Shown: piece by piece, positions 16,937-24,430 of the stretch | Layout: each line of letters starts with the position of its first letter | How positions within the stretch are numbered: the stretch's first letter is position 1 | From: a virus | Taxonomy: Duplodnaviria; Caudoviricetes | Direction: 5' to 3' (one strand) | Virus record (IMG/VR): IMGVR_UViG_3300037424_000915 | Location: 1-35,349 of that record | DNA length: 35,349 nucleotides | Notes under the pieces: model-generated | What the model was told of the DNA's origin: nothing | Seen by the model: the letters and a program-made list of their open reading frames with translations, nothing else | The model's database searches: none | Position numbers and translations under genes: made by a program

Positions 16937-17068
16937 TGCGCCCGGCAAATCACCCGCTAGGGCGATTGCCAGGCGCAGGTCCGGCGCTACTCTCTCGAGT
17001 AGACGACCGATCCCGGTCCTCACTTCTGAGGGCGATGGCCGGGAGCAAGACTAGCCGAGGGAGGCTAG
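16937..17068 (-). ncRNA. Candidate structured RNA / 3' UTR with five hairpins
   Basis: Inverted repeats at 16937-16977, 16987-17002, 17005-17018, 17019-17030 and 17051-17068. A.C mismatches on + become G-U pairs on the minus strand. Confidence 0.4.
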
Positions 17069-17077
17069 GTCATGCCG

Positions 17078-17233
17078 TCAGAGCTCCCTGATCGCAAGCA
17101 CGAAGAACACAGCAAGAACGGCCAGCCAAGTGGCGTAGGCGGGGTCGATAAGCGCTGCCACGCCCGAGCCAGCCAGCGCGCTAACTGCACCGAAGGCCGC
17201 AATCATCTTCATGGCCCCAGATATTGCCTTCAT
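17078..17233 (-). CDS. 51-aa membrane peptide
   Basis: ATG at 17233 after AAGGAGG; two hydrophobic segments. Confidence 0.65.
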   Translation of the reverse strand: MKAISGAMKMIAAFGAVSALAGSGVAALIDPAYATWLAVLAVFFVLAIREL

Positions 17234-17345
17234 GGTGTAGGCCTCCTTGTCGTGTTCGTAGTCTAGACCTGTTCTGCCCGGTGTCACAGATCCCGGGCAC
17301 GCACCTTACCAATCGATGCAGAGCAGTTTCCGGTTCATGGCCTCA

Positions 17346-17383
17346 GCTCCTCGGCCAGGACTCGAACCTGGAACCTAGCGGTT
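17346..17383 (-). other. attP core: 3' half of a tRNA (Asn-type)
   Basis: Minus strand AACCGCTAGGTTCCAGGTTCGAGTCCTGGCCGAGGAGC gives the 3' anticodon arm, a T-arm (CCAGG-TTCGAGT-CCTGG) and an acceptor strand ending GGAG-C as in tRNA-Asn; touches the integrase stop codon. Confidence 0.85.
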
Positions 17384-18276
17384 CATTCCCGGCTGCGCGC
17401 CTGATCGACCCGTAACCCCATGACTTTCGCGACCGGGGAGTAGGGGTCGAAGTCGGCTGCGGTCAGGCTGGCCGAGTAGTGTTCCACCTGGGCGAGCGAA
17501 CTCCAGCGGCCGGCGACCTGGACGAGTCTCGAGCTGGCGCCGCCCTTGAGGGCCAGCGTCGCGAACGTCCGCCGCATGTCATGGGGCGAGAAGTGGAACC
17601 CGGCCTTGGCTCCGACCTGGCGGAAGATGCACCTCAGTCCGCTGACGGTCATCCTCGTGCCAGGTGTCAGTCCCCCGATCGAGCAGAACACCTCGGCGCA
17701 GTCTCTGTGGGCGATCCTCCCGCGGTCCATGATCCACTCCGCCAGGCAGGATGAGGTGTAGGCGCAGAACACGCCCTCAGCCCAACGGCCGCCTTTCACC
17801 CTCACGGTAAAGTGGCGGTCGGCCAGGTCCAGGTGCTCGACGCGCAGCCGACACACCTCCGAGGCCCGAAGGCCGCTATCCAGCATCAGGAGAATCACAG
17901 CGGTATCTCGGCGTCCCTTCTCGGTTGAGGTGTCCAGGGAGCCCAGGACACGCATCACCTTGGCCTCGTCGAGGACCCGCTGGGGTCGGTAGGCCCGCTT
18001 TGGCAGAGGGAGTTTCTCGGCGGGTGACTTCTCCCTTCCGAGAAGCCAGCGATAGAAACCCCGGCACGCGATCATGGCCGTGTACTGGGCCGACGATCCC
18101 CACCTCATCCCACGGGCGTCGACCCACCTGACGAGATCCGCCCTCTCGGCCACGTTGATCCCCTGAGTCTCTAGCCACTTCGCCAGGTTCAGCAAGTACC
18201 ACCGGTAACGCTCAATCGTTGCCGGCGTCCATCTTCTTCCCTGCTCTGCCAAGAAGCGATCGACTTGCTCAAGCAT
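17383..18276 (-). CDS. int: Tyrosine integrase/recombinase
   Basis: RDTA...DSGLRASE, VKGG, SPHDMRRTFAT and GRW...HY catalytic motifs; adjacent attP. Confidence 0.95.
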   Translation of the reverse strand: MLEQVDRFLAEQGRRWTPATIERYRWYLLNLAKWLETQGINVAERADLVRWVDARGMRWGSSAQYTAMIACRGFYRWLLGREKSPAEKLPLPKRAYRPQRVLDEAKVMRVLGSLDTSTEKGRRDTAVILLMLDSGLRASEVCRLRVEHLDLADRHFTVRVKGGRWAEGVFCAYTSSCLAEWIMDRGRIAHRDCAEVFCSIGGLTPGTRMTVSGLRCIFRQVGAKAGFHFSPHDMRRTFATLALKGGASSRLVQVAGRWSSLAQVEHYSASLTAADFDPYSPVAKVMGLRVDQARSRE

Positions 18277-18364
18277 TCGTCCCTCGCGCTCTACTGCCCG
18301 GCTTCCTCAAGCCGCACTCCCTCCGGCCGGTCGGGCAGTAGAGCGGGATGGGCGAACGGCTCAT
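18269..18364 (-). CDS. Candidate 31-aa leader peptide coupled to int
   Basis: Strong RBS AAGGAGGAG before ATG at 18364; MSRSPIPLYCPTGRRECGLRKPGSRARGTNA stops just past the int start codon. Confidence 0.4.
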   Translation of the reverse strand: MSRSPIPLYCPTGRRECGLRKPGSRARGTNA

Positions 18365-18455
18365 CTCTTCTCCTCCTTCGGGGCGGCAGCGTCGCCCCAC
18401 CCGGCCGGCTCCGTTTCGTTCAGCAACTCCCGAGGCGCTGGCGGAGCCGGTCGGG
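18276..18455. promoter_or_regulatory. Structured int leader / candidate ncRNA (three long stems)
   Basis: Inverted repeats 18276-18300/18332-18356, 18380-18387/18391-18398 and 18400-18413/18442-18455. Confidence 0.5.
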
Positions 18456-18521
18456 AAAGGGAGGCACAGGGAAATGATCGGGCCGATTTCGGGTCCTGTC
18501 ACAGATTTGCCGGAGGGAAAG

Positions 18522-18635
18522 ATGCCAAGAAGACTGAAGCCGAGCCAGATGGCCGCTGCGCTCTTTTGGATGGCCATCGCCGTTGTTGCTGTCTCAGTGC
18601 TCCTGTGGCTGAGCCTATCGGGGGTGTTCCAGTGA
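18522..18635 (+). CDS. 37-aa single-TM peptide
   Basis: RBS GGAGGG; one hydrophobic helix; GTGA-coupled to the next gene. Confidence 0.55.
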   Translation: MPRRLKPSQMAAALFWMAIAVVAVSVLLWLSLSGVFQ

Positions 18636-18934
18636 CTGAAGCCTTGGTCGCTTTCCTCGTTCTCCTCGGACTGGTCATGGCGTACCTGGCGGGACGTCTT
18701 CACCAAGGCCTCCTCGACATCGAGCGGGACAAACACATGCCGTACCGGCTGCGCGCTGGGCTCGATGACCTCTCGGCCATCGACACGGACGCGCTGCTGG
18801 AGCTGAGGGATGCCCTTCTCGTGATCGAGGCACGCCTGGGGGATAAGCATCGGCTGATGGCGGAGATCCGCAATGGGAAGTACGAGCCCGAACAACCGAG
18901 CCGCAAGGTCAAGGTGGACGGCGGTCGTCCTTAG
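18632..18934 (+). CDS. Hypothetical protein with N-terminal TM helix
   Basis: GTG start overlapping the upstream stop; hydrophobic N-terminus then helical region. Confidence 0.55.
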   Translation: MTEALVAFLVLLGLVMAYLAGRLHQGLLDIERDKHMPYRLRAGLDDLSAIDTDALLELRDALLVIEARLGDKHRLMAEIRNGKYEPEQPSRKVKVDGGRP

Positions 18935-18980
18935 CCTATCCCCATGCCGCACGGATGTTCTTCCCACAACCGGGTGAGCC

Positions 18981-19352
18981 ATGCCGGGTGAGTCTTTGGA
19001 GGCCACGATCTTGACCCACCTCCGCGCCTATCCCGGCAAGAGGTTCACGCGCGCCGACCTGGTGTACCGGATGAAGACGTGTGGCTTCCTGGCGGGTCTC
19101 TCGGACGATCGCGCCGATCGCCAGGTAAGGAAGGCTCTACAGAGGCTGCGGTCCGATCATCCAGATGGCGCGTGGATTTGCTCGTCCTCGGAGGATGCTG
19201 GGTACTTCTTTGGGACGACCGAAGCCGAGATCGAGGCGGCGCAGGCCGAGGACTTGTCGAGGATGCAGGCGACGAGCGCCAAGGTGGAGAACCGACGGCG
19301 CTTGCTTCGAAGTCTCGAGCAGGCGCGCACGATGGAAGGACGACTGTTGTGA
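18981..19352 (+). CDS. Winged-helix DNA-binding protein
   Basis: DRQVRKALQRLR...ICSS...GYF pattern of phage early wHTH proteins. Confidence 0.7.
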   Translation: MPGESLEATILTHLRAYPGKRFTRADLVYRMKTCGFLAGLSDDRADRQVRKALQRLRSDHPDGAWICSSSEDAGYFFGTTEAEIEAAQAEDLSRMQATSAKVENRRRLLRSLEQARTMEGRLL

Positions 19353-19570
19353 TGACGACCTACCGGCCCCTCTCCGATTGCGTCGGCGTGTTGGAGACAG
19401 TGCGGATCGAGTACCACTGGGCGCGTTCGGCCGAGGGCGAGAAGGTCTTCACGCACACCGAGGTCAAGCCCATGCGCTGCCTCGTGTGGGCGCCGAATGA
19501 AGTGCGGGACCGGCCGGCGGAGCAGCGGCGCGTGCTGGCGCTCTCGATCGCGAACGCGGAGGCGGCGTGA
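19352..19570 (+). CDS. Hypothetical protein
   Basis: Coupled at both ends (TGATG, GTGA). Confidence 0.55.
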   Translation: MTTYRPLSDCVGVLETVRIEYHWARSAEGEKVFTHTEVKPMRCLVWAPNEVRDRPAEQRRVLALSIANAEAA

Positions 19571-20394
19571 GCTCTGCGATGGCCGGCACGTTTCGCCAGA
19601 TCCACACCCGCATCTGGGACGATCCCTGGTTCCAGGACCTGCTGCCGGAGGAGAAGCTGCTGTTCATCTATCTCTTCAGCAATGAGCGCGCCGCCCTCTG
19701 TGGTTTGTACGAGCTGTCGTTGAAGACGATGGCATTCGAGACTGGGCTGAGGACGGACGCGATCACATTGGCGCTGCATCGTTTCTCTCTGGCAGGCAAG
19801 GCGTTCTATGAGGCGCCCTATGTCTGGGTGCCGAACCTCCGGAAATACAACGAGACGGCCAGCGAGAAGGTGCAGATCCGGATCGCCAAGGAGCTAGCCG
19901 CGATCCCCGATTGCGCGCTCAAGAGGCGCTATGTGGCTGGCGACACAACGCCCCCAGATGTGGCCGCTCACCCCGCGGATGGGGTGTCTATACCGTATCC
20001 GCGATTGCCCTCCGAGAAGGAGAAAGAGAAGGAGCAAGAGAAGGAGAAGGATTCGCGGCCTGACGGCCGCGTGTCGCCCCACGACCCGCTGCGGAAGGCT
20101 CTGGAAGCGCACTTCTCTGTGGTGACAAAGCTTCCCGTCCCGAGGGCTATCACGGCATCGCAGCGAAAGGCCGCCGGCCGATTGTGGTGGGAGCCTCTTC
20201 GAGAGATTGCCGAGCTGTGCGAGTGGGATGTGGAAAAGAGCAAACGCCTGATCTCGGAGACGGTGAGGGAGATGCGGAACAGCCGCCTCACGATCTCCGA
20301 TCCCAACAGCATCCTGAAGTCGGCCCGGGCGCGCTACGCCCAGCTGCGCCCGGCACCGATCCCGGACTTCGTTCCACCGAACCAGAGGGCCTGA
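19567..20394 (+). CDS. Phage replication initiator (replisome organiser-type)
   Basis: FRQIHTRIWDDPWF...EKLLFIYLFSN...GLY...MAFETG N-terminal domain, KE-rich linker, helical C-terminal domain. Confidence 0.8.
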   Translation: MSSAMAGTFRQIHTRIWDDPWFQDLLPEEKLLFIYLFSNERAALCGLYELSLKTMAFETGLRTDAITLALHRFSLAGKAFYEAPYVWVPNLRKYNETASEKVQIRIAKELAAIPDCALKRRYVAGDTTPPDVAAHPADGVSIPYPRLPSEKEKEKEQEKEKDSRPDGRVSPHDPLRKALEAHFSVVTKLPVPRAITASQRKAAGRLWWEPLREIAELCEWDVEKSKRLISETVREMRNSRLTISDPNSILKSARARYAQLRPAPIPDFVPPNQRA

Positions 20395-20790
20395 ATGCCA
20401 TACATCTCTCCCTACCTTCCGCCGGCGGCAAAGATCGAGGTGACGCAACACGAGCGCGCGGGGAAGCTCGTCGTGCATCGGATAGTCGAGGGCAAGGAGG
20501 CTGACGCCTGTCGCAACTGCGCCGGCGAGGGGCTGCTGTACGTCTCCTTCCTGGGGGCAGGCCCGACAAAGACGCCGATCACGAACATCAGGCCGTCCAC
20601 TTGGGTTGAGGCGAGCGAGCGGAACGGCGCGGGCTGGTACGTCATCGAGAGGACGGCCGCCTACCCATGTCCCCACTGCCAGGGGGTGCGGCCCGCCCCG
20701 CTGCCGGGAGCGCATCGAACCCCAGAGACGAAGCAGGCCGTGAGGGAGTTGGCGGTGCAGCTGCGCGCCCAACCGCGGGGGGACGAGTGA
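20395..20790 (+). CDS. Zinc-binding hypothetical protein following the initiator
   Basis: CRNC-x-G-x-G...YPCPHC; no Walker A motif. Confidence 0.6.
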   Translation: MPYISPYLPPAAKIEVTQHERAGKLVVHRIVEGKEADACRNCAGEGLLYVSFLGAGPTKTPITNIRPSTWVEASERNGAGWYVIERTAAYPCPHCQGVRPAPLPGAHRTPETKQAVRELAVQLRAQPRGDE

Positions 20791-21095
20791 AGTACGGCAA
20801 CATCCCGACCTCGATCAACGGCCGATCCTTCCACAGCAAGAAGGAGGCCCGCCGGTACATGGACCTCCTGGCGCTTCAGGCGGCCGGGCTGATCCGTGAC
20901 CTCGAGACGCAGCCCAAGTTCCGGTTGGACGTAGGCAGCGTCCACATCTGCTCGTACCTCGCGGACTTCCAGTACTTCGACGTGCCGCGGGGTGCGATCG
21001 TCGTCGAGGACGTGAAGGGCATGAGGACAGAGGTCTACAAGCTCAAAGCCAAGCTGATGCTGGCCATCCACGGAATTGAGGTCGAGGAAACATGA
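20787..21095 (+). CDS. DUF1064-family PD-(D/E)xK nuclease-like protein
   Basis: KYGN...FHSKKEARRY...QPKF-x-L...YLADFQY...VEDVKG. Confidence 0.85.
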   Translation: MKYGNIPTSINGRSFHSKKEARRYMDLLALQAAGLIRDLETQPKFRLDVGSVHICSYLADFQYFDVPRGAIVVEDVKGMRTEVYKLKAKLMLAIHGIEVEET

Positions 21096-22861
21096 CCACC
21101 AAGCGTTTCCCGCTGGACCAGATCCATCCCAACAGGTTCCAGACCCGCCAGGCGGAAGATCCCGCCGACGTCGCCCGCCTGGCCGAGTCGATCGCGCAGG
21201 TCGGGCTGCTGCAGATCCCGGTGGGGCGGCCGCACGAAGGGGGCAGCATCGAGCTGGCCTTCGGCCACACGAGGTTGGCGGCCTTCAAGGCGCTGGCAGC
21301 CGAGGCGCCTGATGGCCGCGTCTACACCGAGATGTCGGTCGACGTCCGCGAGCTGAGCGACCTCGAGATGTTCGAGCTGGCCGTCCGGGAGAATCTCGAT
21401 CGCCGTGACCTGACGCCGATCGAGGAAGCCCGGGCGATGGCCACCTACCGGGACACCTTCGGTAAGACGTCGGACGAGATCGGCGAGCTGTTCGGTCTCT
21501 CGGGCTCGGCGGTGCGCAACAAGATGCGGCTGCTCGAGCTGCCGGCGCCGGTGCAGGTGATGATCCAGGCCGGCGAGATCCAGGAGGGAGCAGCTCGCCG
21601 GCTCCTGGCGTTGAGTCGCATCGCTCCCGAGCGGATCGAGAAGGTGGCCTCCGACCTGGTGAAAGACAAGGTCGAGACTCCTGAGGCGATCTTCGAGCGC
21701 GTGGCTGACGTCCTCAACGAGACGGCCTTTCACATGGCCGAGAACCGCTATTACGGCCGCCATGCCGAGGAGGGCGAGGAGGACGACGGGAAGGGCCGTG
21801 CGGGTACAGGCCTCTGGCCGCTGACCTGGAAGGGCGGTGTAGTGGCTCCGACGCCGGCGGCAATGGCCAAGATCCTCGAGGCGAAGGGCTGGAAGGGTTA
21901 CGACCTCAAGGCCCTCGACGAGATCATGCTCGCCCTCGCTGTAGGCACCGACGTCGCCGGCGTCGTGCAGCTGTGGGGGATCGAGGAGGATGTCGCCCTC
22001 TGGATCCGCCAGTTCGTCGCGCCTCCTCCCTGCAGCTCGTGCGAGTTCCACCAGGTGCTGGACGGCGCGCACTACTGCGGGATCAAGGCTTGCTGGGAGC
22101 AGAAGCGCAAGGCCTGGATCTCGGCCGAGACGGCTCGTGTGTCGCGCAAGCTCGGGATCCCCGTCTACGACTCGGCCGAGGACGGCAAGGCCTTGGTCAA
22201 GGCCCCTCACCACTGGTCGGCGGACAATCGCCGAGCTATCGACCCCGCCTGGCAGAAGATGCTCGAGGCCAAAGACAAGAGCCTCCGCCTCAAGGGCACA
22301 ACGCCTGACTACGAGCCGCACTCGGGTACGAAGTCCTACGTCGTCGAACTGGTGCGGGTCGGCAAGCCGGCCGAGCAGGCGAAGGCGGCCGAGAAGAGGC
22401 GGAACAAGCAGGCGGGCGCTGGCCAGCACTACGACTACGCGGCGGAGGAGCGCAAGCGCCGGGAACAGCAGAAGCGGGTGGAAGCCTCCGAGCAGTTCCT
22501 CGAGCGCGAGGCGACACCGCTCTTCGCCCCGCTGCTCAAAGGCTTGGACAGCCCGGGCATCCTCGAGGTCCTGGCGGAGGCGACAGGGCGGAGGTTCAAC
22601 GCCGCCTGGAAGAAGCAGCTGCCGGCGAAGAAGGCCGCTCGCTGTGCGACGCTGCGCGGGTTGATCGTCTTCGACCTGCTGCAGGAGGAACTCACCGGGC
22701 ACGACGTCCGGAGGAAGGGCCCGGCTGCCACCGCCAAGCACCTGCAGGGCGTGGCCACCAGCCTGGGCGTGCGGCTGCCGGCGGACTGGCTGAAGCGGGC
22801 CCAGGCGCTGGAGCCCAAGACTGTTTCCACAGACACGACAGAAACGGATGAGGAGGAATAG
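21092..22861 (+). CDS. ParB/Spo0J-family protein with long C-terminal extension
   Basis: PNRFQTR, LAESI-x-x-x-GLLQ, GHTRLAA (GxxRxxA), ENLDRRDLTPIEEA and HTH; later C-x2-C...C-x3-C cluster. Confidence 0.88.
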   Translation: MTTKRFPLDQIHPNRFQTRQAEDPADVARLAESIAQVGLLQIPVGRPHEGGSIELAFGHTRLAAFKALAAEAPDGRVYTEMSVDVRELSDLEMFELAVRENLDRRDLTPIEEARAMATYRDTFGKTSDEIGELFGLSGSAVRNKMRLLELPAPVQVMIQAGEIQEGAARRLLALSRIAPERIEKVASDLVKDKVETPEAIFERVADVLNETAFHMAENRYYGRHAEEGEEDDGKGRAGTGLWPLTWKGGVVAPTPAAMAKILEAKGWKGYDLKALDEIMLALAVGTDVAGVVQLWGIEEDVALWIRQFVAPPPCSSCEFHQVLDGAHYCGIKACWEQKRKAWISAETARVSRKLGIPVYDSAEDGKALVKAPHHWSADNRRAIDPAWQKMLEAKDKSLRLKGTTPDYEPHSGTKSYVVELVRVGKPAEQAKAAEKRRNKQAGAGQHYDYAAEERKRREQQKRVEASEQFLEREATPLFAPLLKGLDSPGILEVLAEATGRRFNAAWKKQLPAKKAARCATLRGLIVFDLLQEELTGHDVRRKGPAATAKHLQGVATSLGVRLPADWLKRAQALEPKTVSTDTTETDEEE

Positions 22862-22865
22862 AGCG

Positions 22866-23300
22866 ATGGGTGGTACGCAGATCTATCTCAAGCGAGACGT
22901 CGTGGCGGTGGCGGTGGTGCTGCCGATCAGCGACGCGGTCTCGTTCGTGCGCGATGCGCGCAAGCTGCAGGAGGACGTGGCCGACATGCTGCGGGGCGGC
23001 GGCGTAGATCCGCAGAGCGGCAAGCTGATCGGCTCGACCCTCCTGGATGGCCAGGAGGGTGGCGTGCGAGGCCTGCTCGGCGCAGCGCCGGCGAGCACGA
23101 AGCCGGAGCGCAAGAAGTACGAGCGGAAGCCCGGCCCGATGACCAACTGCCCGGAGTGTGGCAAGCCGTTCAAAGTGGGCGGCTTGAAGCTGCACATGCA
23201 TCTGAAACACGGGATTGCCGTCCCTCTCCCGGGCGCGGTGGAGACGACGCCTGATGCGAGGCTCGACGCGGGCATGGAAGCGCTCGAGGGGGAGTCGTGA
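22866..23300 (+). CDS. Hypothetical protein with C2H2-type zinc finger
   Basis: CPECGKPFKVGGLKLHMHLKH. Confidence 0.65.
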   Translation: MGGTQIYLKRDVVAVAVVLPISDAVSFVRDARKLQEDVADMLRGGGVDPQSGKLIGSTLLDGQEGGVRGLLGAAPASTKPERKKYERKPGPMTNCPECGKPFKVGGLKLHMHLKHGIAVPLPGAVETTPDARLDAGMEALEGES

Positions 23301-23545
23301 GCGAGGCTCGTCTCCGCGGCCGTTCGATGCTCTGGCTCCTCGAAGACGGCAAGGCTCCGATCGAGGAGAAGATTACCCGCGCCATCGCGTATTACCAGCA
23401 GAAGTACCAGAAGAAGGCGACGCGCTGCAATCTGAACCGGCTGACGCTACGGGCGAATGAGGCTTTCCCCGTGGCGGTGGGAGATGCGAAGGTCCTGGTC
23501 GACATCCGCGTGCTGGTCGGGCACATCACGATCGGGGGGGATTGA
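23297..23545 (+). CDS. Conserved hypothetical protein (Anaerolineae-type family, from recall)
   Basis: MLW...KI-x-RA-x-x-YY-x-x-KY...C...VL-x-GHI-x-IG motif. Confidence 0.65.
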   Translation: MSEARLRGRSMLWLLEDGKAPIEEKITRAIAYYQQKYQKKATRCNLNRLTLRANEAFPVAVGDAKVLVDIRVLVGHITIGGD

Positions 23546-23546
23546 C

Positions 23547-24080
23547 ATGCACGATCCACTGACGGTTGCACATCGGTTCTTCCTGCCGCTTCTGGGCGAG
23601 GTGATCATCTGGCACGTCGATCCCGAGAAGGACGGGAACGACGACTCCTGCGATTGGTCGGGGTACCGCAAGACCAAAGAGAACGGCTGGGTGGCCGCAG
23701 CTGTGGACGACTACAAGAGCATGGACGAGTCGACCCGGCGCGCCGTCGACTTTGTCTGGTGGCAGTGGCACGAGAAGCTGACGGCCCGTCCGTGGTGGAG
23801 GCATCCCCGCTGGCACGTTCGCCATTGGAGGCTTCAAGTCCAGGCGTGGTCGGCCTTCAATCGCTGGGCATGGAGTCGGTGCGCGGGATGTGGGAAACGG
23901 TTCCGGTGGGGATACGCGCCCATCTCGTCGGGATGGGGAGGCGGCGGCCCGAAGTTCGGCAAGGGCGAGGCGGGTGTCTATCACTTCGAGTGTTACGGTG
24001 CGTCGGTGCCGGTGCAGCACCTGGCGATCGGGGGGGATTGTGAGAGTGGAGCGTCACTGTGCAATTCAAGCCTGAAATGA
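23547..24080 (+). CDS. Trp/His-rich phage hypothetical protein
   Basis: MHDP-x-TVA...IWHVDPE-x-DG-x-DDSC-x-W...RPWWRHPRWH-x-x-HW...RC-x-x-CG. Confidence 0.65.
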   Translation: MHDPLTVAHRFFLPLLGEVIIWHVDPEKDGNDDSCDWSGYRKTKENGWVAAAVDDYKSMDESTRRAVDFVWWQWHEKLTARPWWRHPRWHVRHWRLQVQAWSAFNRWAWSRCAGCGKRFRWGYAPISSGWGGGGPKFGKGEAGVYHFECYGASVPVQHLAIGGDCESGASLCNSSLK

Positions 24081-24430
24081 TCCTGGCTATCCAGGAGGGG
24101 CGCAAGACGCAGACGCGCCGGCCGACGAGCGTCAAGGATAGCGTCGGCCATCGAGGGCAAACGGTCTTCTGGGTGAAGCGGAATGGCCGGCTGCTGTGGG
24201 AGGTAGGCAAGGCGTACTCCGTCTGCCCTGGCCGCGGAAAGCCACGCGTGGGGCTCATCAAGATCACGGCCATCCGGAGCGAGCCGTTGCTAATGATCCC
24301 AGAGGAAGACGCGCGGCGCGAAGGCTTCACGGGGGCTGAGACATTCCTGGCCGCCTGGCGGCAGATGTATCCGAGGGCAGACGTCGCGAATGACATGGTG
24401 TGGGTTCTCTCGTTCGAGAAGGTCGGGTGA
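24059..24430 (+). CDS. ASCH/PUA-like domain protein
   Basis: F...AI-x-x-GRKTQTRR and I-x-EEDARREGF...VWVLSF motifs. Confidence 0.8.
   Translation: MQFKPEMILAIQEGRKTQTRRPTSVKDSVGHRGQTVFWVKRNGRLLWEVGKAYSVCPGRGKPRVGLIKITAIRSEPLLMIPEEDARREGFTGAETFLAAWRQMYPRADVANDMVWVLSFEKVG

Noticed and set aside
17331-17386. CGGTTCAT 8-bp direct repeat flanking the tRNA fragment as a target-site duplication
   Set aside because: Short, partly inside the att core, and no transposase is present; chance cannot be excluded.
17346-17420. Intact tRNA gene
   Set aside because: Only the 3' half is present; the upstream sequence is integrase coding sequence with no D-arm or matching acceptor 5' strand.
20014-20050. GAGAAG repeats as replication iterons
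   Set aside because: Explained by the KE-rich linker typical of phage initiators; no separate iteron array is evident.
21035-22741. 568-aa minus-strand ORF
   Set aside because: Antisense shadow of parB.
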